Source: the human T2T-CHM13v2.0 reference genome, Homo sapiens. Taken from it: a stretch of DNA of 64,000 nt. Positions 46,435-60,879 of this stretch are shown piece after piece (within the stretch, counting starts at the first letter, position 1; each line of letters begins with the position of its first letter). The notes under the pieces were generated by a model. That model did not search any database. It had not been told where the DNA came from and saw nothing but the letters and a program-made list of their open reading frames with translations. The DNA lies in the NCBI RefSeq assembly GCF_009914755.1, contig NC_060945.1. One strand, written 5' to 3'. A program made the translations under genes and the position numbers.

Positions 46435-47625
46435 GAGGTTAGGAGTTAAAGGCTTGGTTTGCTATTGATGGTGTGCTTTCTAAGTATGAATCTCCACACC
46501 TGTGCAGAGGTTTTATATCCTATGTTATGGATGTGGTAAATTATTCAGATTTACCTCATTTTCATTACTCAGGAGAAATTACATGAAACACATATTACTG
46601 GCTCTCTGTTTTGTTTAGCATGCATGGAATTACTTTCCATTGCAATATAACTTTTAAATTAATTTCTAGTTCAATTATGATTTCCCTGATTAAATTGTGT
46701 CTATAATGAGAAATGTTATTTGCAATTTCAAAGACTATTCTTACATCAGGACACACATAATCTCCACCTAATGTAGGCTTCCGAGCATCTCTATAATCCA
46801 GTTGAGCAGCTGTATGACATCGTCATCAAGGTGATACTTCTTTCCTGCATATGCTTTCTGTAATTTCTCATGTTCATGACTATGCCTTATCATTTGAGAT
46901 AAGCAGGGCCCTAATTTTACCTTAAATCCATGCCTCTTTCAAAACTGTAATCACTTAAATGTCAGGTAGTTATAATATTAATATACAAACAAATTTTACT
47001 TGACTTCTGTGCAGTTTGAGTCCACATGGAAGCCATCTTGTTAAAAGTGTCTCTCATGTTTTTTATACCAGATTAAATATATATTTTTCTTTGTTAAGGG
47101 TTTACACATGATACCAATGGGCATTTGATATTCCACAGCCTGGTATCCACATTTCATTTTTGAGAACATACTGTATAATAACTTGGGATGTATTTGAAGT
47201 TTTCCCGGGAAGAGATCACCACGCAGCATTAAGATAATTAGGGTGATATAAAAAGTCACAAAACATTTCATGTTCTGACTTTATTCTATTATCTCAATTT
47301 TGGATTCTATTGAGATATATCAAAATTCTAGTTAGAAGCACAATTCCAAGTCAACCAAAACATTAGTGCTGGCCCTACCCCGGGCAAGACTAATACAACA
47401 GAATATAAACTAGCCTGATTTTCTAAAGTCTTTACTAATGCCAAATAAGATAGGAATTAAATGTTTTCTACTGCTTTCTGCAGCAAAATACACTCAAACT
47501 GCATGGAAGGAGTCAACAAATTCCTCAAAATAAAAGTTAACTAAAACTAACACAAGTAGAAATAAAGAATTGTAAAGTGCTACATCTCTTTAAAAAATTA
47601 AATTTATGTAAAAACAAGAAAGGCA

Positions 47626-47941
47626 GGCCAGGTATGGTGGCTTGCCTCTGTAATCACAGCACTTTGGGAGGCCAAGGCAGGTGGATCACTTGAGGTCCAG
47701 AGTCTGAGACCAGCCTGACCAACATGGTGAAACCTGTCTCTACTAAAACATACAAAAATTAGCTGAGTGCGGTGGCACACATCTGTAAACCCAGCTATGC
47801 GGGAGGCTGAGGTAGAAGAATGGGAAATAATGCCCCTGGGAGGCAGAGGTTTCAGTGAGCCATGATCAGGCCACTGAGCTCCAGCCTGGGTGACAGAGCG
47901 AGTGAGATACCATCTCAAAAAATAAAAATAAAAATAAAAAA
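47626..47941 (+). mobile_element. Alu (AluJ/S-like)
   Basis: Full dimer; TSD aagaaaggca. Confidence 0.93.
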
Positions 47942-48961
47942 GAAAGGCAGACTTCTAACAAAGAAAACTGCAGGTCAACATGGTGAATTCTAGCAACGGT
48001 TTTAAAAGAAATAGTAGTATTTTATACAGTTTTTTCCTCAATCTACAAATTCAAGATGCAATAATAAATGAAAAATTGGAAAATAAAATGCAAAAATATT
48101 AGCAATAGTTTCAGACAACATAAAATACAGGTAAAAGTAACAAAGACATATTCCTTGATAATTACAAATTAATGCTTGAAGAAATTCATAAGAACTGTTA
48201 AAATGAGGGTATATCATGTCTACGTATTGACAACAGACTAAATATTCCCAAATTATATATTTAGCAAAATCATAATCAAACTGCCTGTATATTTACAAAA
48301 TATTCTAAAATGTATAAAGAAATCCAAAGGACATAGAATACACAATGCAATCTTTAAAAAATAACAAAGTTTGACAACTTATATTAACTGATGTCAAGAC
48401 TGATTATACTAGAATTATCAAGAGAGTGCAGTATTGATGTGAGGATACATAAATAGATCGATGGGAAAAATTAGAGTCTAGAAATAGACTTTTTTTCTAC
48501 AAAGACTCTAAAGCAAAAAAAAAGACTCCATCAAATGGTGCTGAAACAATGGAATATTAACATGGAACAAGGAAATAAATAGCCTTAATAACTACTTAAT
48601 ACTATACACAGAAATTAATTTAAAATGTTTTATAGATCTAAGCATGATAGCTAAACTACTAAAGCTTCTAGAATTTTATAGGACAGTGAAGGCACTGGCT
48701 ATGAAATAAAACATAGTGAAATTAATTTTATTAACAGTAAACAGATTAGGAGAATCAAAAACTAAGATATATACATTGATATAGATATAGATACAAATAT
48801 CACCTGTAAAGATCTGCTACTACCTAAATGTCAACAGAAAAGCATCCCAATGATTTGGGCTCATTGAAAGCAAGATGTGCAAATAGCCAATAAATAAAAA
48901 GTGTTAACATCATTAGGTGTCAGAATTATTAGGAAAATGTGAATTAAAACCACATTTTTAA

Positions 48962-49284
<323 letters not shown>

Positions 49285-50545
49285 CTACTCACACATTAGA
49301 AGTGCTAAAATGAAAAACAAAGTATATTTTTTCTAATTAATAAGCTATGATTTAGATTAATCGTGATTTATATAAAATTTCCCAACAGGTTAATTTCAAA
49401 ATGTTTCTAACATGCATTAGTGCAATTTTCAACTCATTTACCATGGTAATGCCTGAATTGAAATTATGACTTTCTGTTAGATTTCCAAAAGAGTAAATCC
49501 AAGGTTTTGATACATAGCATAGTACTTCAATACATTCTGTTAACATGCTTCATTTAAAGCAATAAAACAGTGAAAAATAACAAGAGTCCATGGAAAAGGA
49601 AAGCAGTCCCCAAAAGTGCTGGCTAATGAGCAGATTACATTATCCTCACCCTACGAATGACTCACAAGGCAGCTAGTCAAAACAGAATCAATAGTAGGGA
49701 ATGTGTGATAGGGTTAGTAGACTCTGGTTTTGTGATATAATATGAAGCTTCACATAGCTCCTTGATATAAATTTCCCTTAAGTCATTCAGAATAATGGAT
49801 GTAACCAGAGGCCAAGTGACCAAATAAAGTTGTGATCAAGACTATTTATTATTCCAATCCAGGGACTTTAGCACCTAAATATTATTGCCATAAATTAGAG
49901 TTCACACCAACATAAATTTTGATTAAGAACTCAAAGTCATTTAAGTCATATTTATTGTCAAATAAGTACCTTCAGTGAAGATTGATAAGCCTCCTTGGGA
50001 CTGGAAATCCGGGAGAAGGAGACTAGCAACTGGGAGAGACCAGTTATGTCTCTCCTTCAAACTCAATCTATGATATTTGTTTTTTGTTCATTTAACAATA
50101 GGAATAAATGGTATCCTTGAGAAGAAAAACAGTTGCCTTCATTTCAAATATCATAAAATAGGAGAAACTTATTAAGATATATGACTAAAGTTAAGACCAT
50201 ATTGCAATGTCACATTAAACACATCTATTGGAAAATAATTATAGAGGCATTTCCCAATGTAAAATACACCACAGAAAATCCAGATGAAAAATTAGTACCT
50301 TTGAGAATGAAAGGAGAAATAACTGTTGTAGGAAAATATCCAGTATTTATAGAGTAAATACAAATTGCTATTGAACAGCTAGATATACACAGACAGCTCT
50401 TGAATCTTATGCCAACAAGCTTGTAAAGCCAGTAATTCATCTTCCCTGCCTGCTATGAGCGGGGGATATATTTGAAAGGACACAACATTTGAAGAGTTGT
50501 ATTTTGTTATTGGATCATTTTCCCAAGAATCTTAGGTCCCAACTC

Positions 50546-50741
50546 CGAGTAGAAAGCAGAGGCCCAGTATCTTCCATAACAATCTGGGTGGCAGCATTGT
50601 ATCCATAACCACCATACCCAGAGTCATATCCATATCCTGCTCTGCAGAATCTGCCACATCCACAGACATTGCAATAGCACTGGGCATCAAAGTCACCAAA
50701 GCCAGACCCCAGCCTCCAACATCGATGCCAGAATAGCCCGT
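50546..50741 (-). pseudogene. Degenerate HGT-KRTAP pseudogene relic
   Basis: ACG in place of ATG; fragments CGCGRFCRAGYGYDSGYGGYGY and CCHPDCYGRYWASAFY in shifted frames; TATA-like site at ~50817-50824; promoter remnant at 50881-50925 resembles the KRTAP19-3/-4 upstream sequence. Confidence 0.78.
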
Positions 50742-51455
50742 TGTTTAGAGTTGAAGTCTGATATTAAAAGATACTTAAACATCTTTAGTGATAGTGTGAC
50801 AAGTCTTAGATACTCTCTATATAACATTTTTACCAAAGTGTACACATGAAACAATCTCAGTGATTTGTTTCTCCTTATGTAAGGAGGAGGCCTCATGTCT
50901 ATTAAACCCTTGGCTTGCTTTGGCAGAACAATTAATACTTCCCAACTAGTGCTCTTAAATTTTATTACTATTTATAACATACTCATTGTGAGTTCAGATG
51001 TTGTATTTTTCATGTCTTTGAGGGGTGCATGATATCATGCTTTAAAATGTTATTTTGAATTTTTTTTCTCTGATGGAATATCTTAAGCATGTATGAAAAA
51101 GCAGATGGCTAGAATAGCAAGCTGTGGTAACTCTGAATTTACGTAGTGGTATATTTTGTGCTCACAGCACAAATGATATTGTGATTTTACTTTTAGAAAA
51201 AAAATTCCTTAGTGTCAATTTAACACCCATTTCAAACTCATTCGTCTTCTCTACCTTTCTTCATTGATTATATCATGTTTTGTTGTGGGTATTTGAGACA
51301 TGTCAGCATCTACTACTTCTCTCTAAACACCAGATAAGTAGATCTAGTAGAGTGTGTATTGGATTTCTCATTTATGCACAGACTGCCTACAACCTAAAGT
51401 ATGTATTCAATATGTCTTTCTGAGTGAATGAATGTGATTTATTTGATTTGATTAT

Positions 51456-52010
51456 ATAGAGAATTCCCCTCCCTCTTATCCACAGGGTATATGTTCCAAG
51501 ATCCCCAGTGGATGCCTGAAATCACAGATAATACTGAAATCTATATACCCTATGTTTCTTTTCCTATACATGCAAACTTATGATAAAGTTTAATTGATAA
51601 ATTAGGCATAGTGAGAGATTAACAACAATAACTAACAATAAAATAGAACAATTGTAGCAATATGCCAGCATCAGGATTCTTGCACTTTGGGGATATTATG
51701 AAGTAAAGTAAGAGTCACTTGAATGCAAGCACTGTGATACGCCCACAGTTGGTCTCTTCATTGAAAGAGCTCTTGAGTAACTAACAGGCAGGGAGTGTCT
51801 ACAGCCTGGATCCCCTGGACAGAGGATTCCTGTCCTGGGCTGGATGGAGCAGGACTGCACAAGATTTCATCATGCTACTTAGATTGGCAGGCAATTTAAA
51901 ACTTATGAATTGTTTATTTCTGTGATTTCCCATTTAATATTTTCAGCTATAGTTGATGTCAAGTAACTGAAACCAAAGAAGGCAAAACTGCAGATAAAGA
52001 GGGACACCTG
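51456..52010. mobile_element. MER44/Tigger7-like DNA transposon derivative
   Basis: ccctcttatccacagggtatatgttccaagatccccagtggatgcctgaaa ... taactgaaacc...gcagataaagagggac. Confidence 0.8.
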
Positions 52011-52062
52011 TTCACAATTCTACATCACCATGACAATGTATTTGGCACTCTGAGAGGTAGGG

Positions 52063-52407
52063 TGTATTAATTGGTTTTCATGCTGCCAATAAACACATAC
52101 CCGAGGCTGGGCAATTTACAAAAGAAAGAGGTTTAATGGACTTAACAGTTCTACGTGGCTGGGGAGGTCTCACAAACATGGCAGAAGGTAAAAGGCACAT
52201 CTCACATGGCAGCAGATCAGAAAAGAAAGCTGGTGCAGGGAAATTCCCCTTTTTAAAACGTTCAGATCTCCTGAGACTTATTCACTATCACAAGAACAGC
52301 TCAGGAAAGACCTGCCCCCATGATTCAATTACCTCCCACCAGGTCCCTCCCACAACACATGGGATTTCAAGATGAGATTTGGGTGGGGACACAGCCAAAT
52401 CATATCA
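52063..52407 (-). mobile_element. THE1 solo LTR
   Basis: tgtattaattggttttcatgctgcc...acagccaaatcatatca; TSD taggg/caggg. Confidence 0.93.
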
Positions 52408-52484
52408 CAGGGGTTTCTGCTTTTCATCTAGAAGTTCACTAATGCTCTGCTTTGGAAAAGTCTAACTTTCTTTCTCTGACGTTT

Positions 52485-52848
52485 TGATATGGTTTGGCTG
52501 TGTCTCCACCCAAATCTTATTTTGAATTGTAGCTCCCATAATTCCCATGTTTCGTGGCAGAGACCAAGTAGGAGGTAATTGAATCATGGGGGTGGGCCTT
52601 TCCCATGCTGTTCACGTGGTAGTGAATAAGTCTCATGAGATCTGATGGTTTTATGAAAGGAAGTTCCCCTGCACAAGCTCTCTTGCCTGCCGCCACGTAA
52701 GACATCCGTTTGCTCTTCCTTCATCTTCCGCCATGATTTTGAGGTCTCCCCAGCCATGTGGAACTGTGAATCCATTAAACCTCTTTCCTTTGTAAATTAC
52801 ACAGTCTTGGGTATGTCTTTACTGACAGCATGAGAATGGACTAATACA
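52485..52848 (+). mobile_element. THE1 solo LTR
   Basis: tgatatggtttggctgtgtctcc...gaatggactaataca. Confidence 0.93.
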
Positions 52849-53626
52849 CATTGCTAGATTAGTAAGCCTTCGTCCAAATGCAAGAGCTTATGTCTTCTTT
52901 CCTACTCTTTAAGCTTCTAACTTCCTAAGGAAGAACGTTTTCTTTAACAAAGTTTCTCTAACTCTGCTAAGAATGCACCAAAACTGGAATTCTTTTAGTG
53001 CCACAATTTTTCTATTTACCCTCATTTAACACTGAAAAGAAGGATCACCTGAAACCTGAAGTGTATTTGTAAGAGTCAATATTAATATTACTTGTATTCC
53101 AAACACATGAAATGTTTAGCACTCTTAATCTGTAACTCTTTTGAAAAATTAAGTTCTATCAAATAAGCAAAGTCCAAATATTCCTTGGAATATCTTGCCT
53201 CAATCACTTGAAAGAGTGATGTCCAAGGAAGTAACTCTGGGGGAAAAAAAAAATCCCACTCCAAATGGGAAATTTAATTTTCTAATTGGGAATGTTCTTT
53301 ATTTTTCATCAGTGGGGAGAGGGGTGAACTTATGATTTCATTAAAAGCTTTAATGAAACATCACTACAGAGATGGAATCAATAACTACATATTAGTAATT
53401 TAAGGGTTCTGAGATAAATATGAGTTTTGACTATAGGATCCACAATCATGCTGTTCACTCTGTTGCGACTGCAGCTGTTGCCACTCCTAGTTCTTGTGGA
53501 ATTTTCCAATTAGGGTTATGTAGGCTTTTACAGAATCCAAAAAGAACTTACTAGAAAACCCCTTAGATTAAAGGATCTAGAAATTGAGCTTTCTGTTTCT
53601 AGGGTCAAGAAACATGAACAAATTTT

Positions 53627-53779
53627 TCAGTAGAAGTCAAATCCACATCTCCTGAAGCCAGAACAATAGCCAAGACCTCCTTAGCTAGAGCCTAAGCATC
53701 AGATGCTCCCACACTACAGCAAGTACCAGAGTCCAGGCCTTTCTTGCCTAAGCCCAGGCCTCCAAAGAAAGTAGTCCAT
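53627..53779 (-). pseudogene. Highly degenerate HGT-KRTAP relic
   Basis: TGACACTATG start context (cf. TGACACCATG in intact genes), a GGAGGCCTGGGC (GGLG) block, and tail GGLGYCSGFRRCGFDFY-TGA; several frameshifts. Confidence 0.62.
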
Positions 53780-54983
53780 AGTGTCACAAGATCTGTGAGT
53801 GTGGTTGAAGGTTGTCTAAGTTCCTCTGCATGTGAACTAACACCTGCAGAGTTGCTTTGATAGTCCCTCAGTGGTAGATGTGGCAAACCACACTAATTTA
53901 CTTCAAGTTTATTCAAGACTGTTGTAATATAGATATCCAATTAGACTATTTTCTTAATTAGAAGAGACTCAAATAAGGAAGCTTAAATTTTTAATTTAAT
54001 TTTCCTACTGAGCTTGCTTTCCACCAAACCTATTATGCCCATAATGAGTAAAGTTGATGGACTTTGCAAAGTCAACCATGACTTAATTCTCCAGGAAATT
54101 CCACGTGAGTCTTCAGGGCATCAGGTAGCCCTCTAATTACATCACCTGAGGTGTGGCTCCCAATTCAGTTTATTTCCTTGACCACTTATTTTTCTCTAGA
54201 TCAAATGAAGTGCATTATTTCTCTCTTTTCAATTTCTAAGACACATCTGAGGTCTATTATTCCTTAAAGTTGCAATGCTATATAATGTGCTTCATTGATA
54301 TGGCATTTAATGTAACAAGTTTTCTGTTGTTCAAATTTTGTAAAACAGCTCATGTTGCATTTTAACATTATGTCCTGAATCTTGTTTTAATCTTTGGGTA
54401 AAAGTATTTTACGGGTGGGAATTTTGAGCTTCAAATTCTAGTAGGCAAGCAATAAGACTAGTATTTATTTAATATTTATGATTTATGTTCGAGTAAAATC
54501 AAGAAATAGCACATTTTCATATTCTTCTGTCAATGATACTTCCATTTCTTATATTAAAAAGTAGTAAAAAAGTAAATTGTTTCTTCCAAAATATTCTTTA
54601 GATTTACAAGTTTAAAACACTTTTATAATTTTGCTATGTTTTATTTGGTTATTGAAGCAAAATATACTTTATTATTTCATTTATAGTTTATTTACTAAAA
54701 GATATTATTTTCTTCCTCCCTTTTTCTATTCTCCCTTCTTTCTTCCATCCTTTCTCTCAACTTTGTTCTAATGCCATTTACATACACATGTACATACATA
54801 TACACACATATATATATGTATATATATACAATAAAAGGTGAATCATACCTGGTTCTTCTGTTACAGAGTTTACTATTATTAAAATCAGTAGGAAATAAAG
54901 TATGTGTGTTATAATTCAATATTGTCAAAGTTGTGGTAGAATCTAAAAATCTAAATATTTAAGAGAGCTGAAGGTGGAGCAGC

Positions 54984-55094
54984 TAGGGTGCCCAGCCATC
55001 CTGGTTTTGCTGGGACTGTGCCAGTTTGAGCACCGGCTATATCAAGTGCTGGAAAGATTTTCAGCCCAAGTAAACTGGGATGATTAGTCACCCA
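54984..55094. mobile_element. MER81-like hAT MITE
   Basis: TIRs tagggtgcccagccatcctggttt / aaactgggatgattagtcaccca. Confidence 0.7.
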
Positions 55095-55402
55095 AGAAGT
55101 AACTCATACATGAGGCAGTCAACCCAGAAAACTTCCTATGAACCCAATTATGAATGCATTAGATCTTTCAGGAAGAATGAATAAGAATGTAACAGGTTGG
55201 GGGTAAAAAAGGAAAAATGACCTTTCATAATAAGAGAAAAAGTAAGTGTCATACTGTGGAGCCATGAAAGTATGTAGAATAGAGTTAAATAATGATAGAA
55301 TACAGAGTGTGTGAGAAATTAGCATAAGATGAGGCAAAAAAAAGGTCACATTTTTAAAAATTTGTATGTCCATTAATTTTTTCTAATTTTATCATCTAGG
55401 TT

Positions 55403-55622
55403 TGAAGTCAGCAAACTATAGCCAGAGAGTCAAATCCTGCCAGTCCCTATAATTATGAATACAGTTTTATTGAAACACAGGCATGCTCTTTATTTGTACA
55501 TCATCTATGACTGCTTTCTTACTACAACAATAGAATTGAATAGTTTTGCTGGAGAATATTTGGCCAGAAATTCTAAAACATTTACTGCCCGGCCCTTTAC
55601 AGAAAAAGTTTGCCAGACTCTT
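55403..55622 (+). mobile_element. MER58A-like hAT-Charlie element
   Basis: gtcagcaaactatagcc...ttttattgaaacacag...ggccctttacagaaaaagtttgcc. Confidence 0.82.
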
Positions 55623-56423
55623 ACTCCAGGTAATCAGAAAGCCCTCAGAGGTATCCTAGGAGAAGTACATAATCAATCTTACCAAGTCTTCTTTATTTAA
55701 GTAAAGAAACTTCTAATATCCCAGCAGGTCATCTACTCAATATGTAATTAATCAGAATATGAATTACTTGACTTTTTATCCTTTAAGTGAGATTCATCCT
55801 TGAAATAACTTATTGTCTTCAATGTTTCCACTTTGTAACTCTTTTCATACCTCTGTAAAATGCTTAAAAGAGAGGTCAGAGTTGGTAGGTAATGGGAAAA
55901 ATAAGTAGCCTCGATATATTAAAAGAGATTTGGCAATTTGTTTGTTTGTATAGGCCTAGGGGAAATAGAGGTAATGTAATAATATACCCAAGTCTGTAAT
56001 ATGGAACCAACATGAATGAGAACTCATGTGAACAAAGGAAATTTTGGGAAAAAAGCATCTCAATAGTTTTTCAAAATTAACTGTTGTGGAAAAAAGCCTC
56101 TGAGTATCCAAACCCAGTGTGAGTTCTATTTTATTCCCCAAAGGAGCAACTGAGTCCATCTGTATAAAATGACCTACTGTGAGTTTCTGTGCTTTTGGGG
56201 GCATGGCTTAAGAAGGAGCTCATTTTGAAGACAGAATTTGGAAACAAATTTTTAGCAAACAGGAAAGATGAAGAATTTAACGTGTATCAGATATTTTCAC
56301 TTGACATTTATCAGGAAAATCTCCTTACTTTAACTCACAGTGAACACAAAAATGAGAGGAACAACGAATTATTCCTTGTGACATGGAAATCTTCCTTTGA
56401 ATCAGTTAAGAATAGCAGTGAAG

Positions 56424-56767
<344 letters not shown>

Positions 56768-58171
56768 TCATCTCCAGTATACACATTGAGATTGGTATGG
56801 GCATAGTCTATGTAACCATCTGAATTGAATTTTTCAGAGAAGCCTAAATTGTAAATATTATGTATACCTCATTTGAGGCCTGATTAAAGAATAATATAGC
56901 CACATGATGACTCTCTAAAGAAAATTCTATAGATAGCACAGGATGCAAAAGAAAAAACTCCCTTTCTTCCAGTTGATTATAATTTAGTAAGGGAGATACA
57001 TGAGTATAACCTCATCTAATGAAGGAAAACTGTAATAAGTGTTCTTGAAAAAGCAGTGGATTCAAACAGAAGGAAATAATTAATTCAATCAACAAATGGC
57101 TACAGGAGGACTCATGAAATAGCTAGGACTTGAAACTCCCCTCATTTGCAAAGTTTCTAAGGTCAACATTCCACCTATTAAGGGAGATTATCTCACATTT
57201 CACAAACAGATACTTTTGTTACATCTATATTCCATCCTGAGATTCTCATAACTTCCTAAACATTTGTGAATGTTTTTGTAAGTGGTATTTTTTCCTCTTA
57301 ATTTCAAATGTCAATTGTTTATTGAGGTTAATGGCAAATATATATGCACACATTTGTATGAAAGCAATTGACTTTAATATATGGGACTTGTATCCTGTAA
57401 TTTTTCTCTGCTCACTTACTACTCTCAAGAGTTTCTTCTGTAGATTATTTTGGGTTAGATATACTAGACAATCAGATAATCTGTAAGTAAAGACAGTTTT
57501 ATATCTTCCTTTCTGATCTGTATATCTTACTGCAGTAGCTAAAACCACCAACATGATGTTGAATTAGAATGATAAGAAAGGACATACTTGCTTTGTTCAC
57601 ATCTTAAAGATGAAGTATGTAGTTTCTCCTGATTAATTAGCTGTAGTTTTTTTAACTTTATCAAGTTGAAGAAGTTATCCTTAATTCTCAGTTTGAGAAA
57701 AGTTTTTGACATAATAGGGAATCATATCTTTAAACAACTTTTCTGCATCTGCTGATATAATCTAATTTTTTCCCTTTTAGCTTGTTAATATGGTGGGTCA
57801 CATTTTCAAATATTGAATCAGCCTTGCATGCATAAGTGAATCCTATCTGGTCATAAGATTATTTTTAAAGATTGTTAAATTAGAGTTGCCATTATTTGAT
57901 TGGGATTTTTACAACAAATATCAGAGACAATGTTCTGTAATTTTCTTTTTTGCTAACGTCTTTGATTTTGATAATGGAACAATATTGTCCTAATAGAATA
58001 AATTTGTAGGTGTTCTCTTTGCTTCTATTTTCTGGAAGTCTGGAAGTCATTATGAAGAATTGGTATTTTTTTGTTGTTGTTGTTGTATGTTTTGTAGAAT
58101 TCCCAGTGAAATCAGGGAGGTACTGGACCAAGTGCTTATTTTCAGAAGGTTTTCAATTATTAGTTGAGTTA

Positions 58172-58172
58172 C

Positions 58173-58239
<67 letters not shown>
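58172..58239. repeat. Compound (TA)n(CA)n(TA)n microsatellite
   Basis: Directly visible. Confidence 0.95.
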
Positions 58240-58326
58240 ATCTATTCCTTTCATGTGAGTTTTGGTAGTTTGTGGCTTAAAGGAATTCATCCATTTTATT
58301 TAAGTTATTAAATTTGTGAGCATAGA

Positions 58327-58668
58327 TTAAAAAGAAAAGATTACATCTTTTGCAGGAACATGGATGGAGTGGAGGCCATTATCCTTAGCAAACTAACGCA
58401 GGAACAGAAAATCAAATACCACATGTTCTCACTAATAAGTGGGAGCTAACTGATGAAAACTCATAAACACAAAGAAGGGAACAACAGACACTGGTGCCTC
58501 TTTGAAGGTGAAGAATGGGAGGAGGGAGAGGAGTAGAAAAAAACTGGTTATCTGGTTTAGTACCTTGGTGACAAAATAATCTGTACAACAAACCTCTGTG
58601 ATATGAGTTTACCTGTGTAACAAACCTGCACTGTACCCCTGAATCTAAAATAAAAGGTAAAAATAAAT
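58327..58668 (+). mobile_element. L1PA/PB 3'-end insertion nested in L1M
   Basis: gcaggaacatggatggag...A-rich tail; 17-bp TSD aaatttgtgagcataga/aaatttgtgggtataga. Confidence 0.88.
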
Positions 58669-59392
58669 AAATTTGTGGGTATAGAATTGTTTTTAAGTTT
58701 CTTATTATTCTTTTAATGTCTATAGGATTAGTGGTAATGACACCTGTTTCATTTCTAATATTAGTCATTTTTTTCTTAATGTTTTTTCTTGTCTGGCCTG
58801 ACCAGAGGCCTAGCAATTATTGATCTTTTCCAAGAAACAGCTTTTGGATTTGTTGATTTTTTCCTATTGTTATTCTGTTTACAAGTTTAGTGATATCTGC
58901 TTTAGGGTTAAATTGTTCTTTTTCTAGTTTACTAAGGTAGACTGAAGTTATTGATTGTAAGGTTTATTTTTTTTCTTTTTTGATAAATACATATAATGCT
59001 TTACATTTCTAAGTACTACTTTTGCTACATCCACATTTTAACAAGTTCCACTGTCTTTTTTCATTTGTTTCAATGTATCTTTTTTCACGCGCACTTGATA
59101 CTTTAAAAAATTTGTGTGCTATTTATAAATGTGCTGCTTTACTTTTCAAACATGTGGGAATGTATCTTTCCATTATTGATTTCTAGTTTATTTATTCTGT
59201 AATCTAAGAACATACTTTGTGTGTTTTCTATTCTTTTAAAATTGTTAAGATATATTTTATGGCCCACAATGTTACCTATCTTGATGAATGTTCTGAGTAA
59301 GCTTGAGAAAAAATGTTTTCTGCTTTTGTTGGATGGAATGCTTTAAAAATGTGAATTATAGCAAATTGATGATGTGTACTCTTCACACCATC

Positions 59393-59769
59393 TGTATTAG
59401 TCTGTTCTCATGCCACTAATAAGGACATACCTGAGACCGGGTAATTTATAAAGGAAAGAAGTTCAATAGACTCACTGTTCCCCAGGGCTGGGGAGGCCCT
59501 AGGAAACATACAACCATGGCAGAAGGGGAAGCAAACATGTCCTTCTTCACATGGTGGCAGTAAGGAGAAGTGCAGAGTAAAGGCAGGGAAAAGACCCTTA
59601 TAAAACCGTCAGATGTGATGAGAACTCACTCACTATCATGTGAATATCATGCAGGTAGCCACCCCCAGGATTCAATTACCTTCCACTGGGTCCCTCCTAC
59701 AACACATGAGGATTATGGGAACTACAGGTCAAGATGAGATTTGGGTGGGGACACAGCCAAACAATATCA
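59393..59769 (-). mobile_element. THE1 solo LTR nested in L1M
   Basis: tgtattagtc...acagccaaacaatatca; perfect 5-bp TSD ccatc. Confidence 0.93.
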
Positions 59770-60879
59770 CCATCTGTATCTTTACTGACTTCCTGCTATC
59801 TCAAGCTATCAATTATTGACAGAAGGGTACTGAAGTCTCCAATTACAATATTGAATTTGCCGATTTCTCCTTTCACTTTAATCAATTTTTGCCTTATATG
59901 TTTTTACACTCTTACGTTAAGTATATACAGTTTAAAATTGTTATACTTTTTTAAAGAATTGATCCTTTAACCTTTATTTAATGCTTTTTTTTCTCTTGAT
60001 AACTTTCCTTGTCCTGAAGTTTCTTTACTTGAAATTAATATAGGAACCTCAGCTTTTTTTTTTTTGATTAATGTTTTCATGGAATTTTTTTTAATTCTTT
60101 TACCGCAACCTGAATCTTGGTAGTCAGAGTGTGTTTTTCTTTTATAGTCACCATGTAGTTGGGTCCTGAGTGTATAAAGTTTTTTTTTTTTTTTAAACCC
60201 ATGCTGGCAAGCTTAGTTTTATAATTGCTTTATTTATATCATTTACATTTAAGGTGATTATTAATATAGTTAGATTGATATCTGTTATGTTTGTGACTAT
60301 TTTCCACTCATAGCGTTAGGTCTTTATTTCTATTTTCCTATGTTTTCTTCCTTTTCTGGTATTAAATGTATAATTTATATGATTGAATTTTATCTGCTCT
60401 CTTGAAAGGTATATCAATTATACTTATTTCTATTTTTATTTTTAGTGTTTCCCCTGGAGTTTACAATATATGTTCTTAACTAATATAAGTTCACCTTCAA
60501 ATAATAGCATAGCAATTCACATTTACTATATGTACCTACTAATAGAATATCCAAAATTTCTTTCACCTCTCTTTATAATGTTTCACTTTTCTATATTCTC
60601 TTTTAACTAATACCTTGTGACTATTTTTGCCTTAACTGAACAGTTATGTTAAAGCAATTAAGGATAGAAAAATTAAACAATTTACCTTCTTTCATTTCTT
60701 CTCCGTTCATTTCTTCTGTTGCTCCTCGTTTGTTTACATAGATCCAAGGTTTTTAACCATCTTCCTATGACTGAAAATCTTTTTCTTAACATTTCTTGCA
60801 GGGAAGGCTACTGATACTTCATTTCTTTGTTTATTGTTGCTGTTGTTGTTGTTTGTCTGAGAAAGCATTTATTCCCTTT

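Larger units (their letters stand above)
57250..60875 (-). mobile_element. Old L1M element (reverse) hosting nested insertions
   Basis: Minus-strand ORF2-like remnants (TNIRNETGVITTNPIDIKRII; KENYRTLSLI). Confidence 0.78.
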
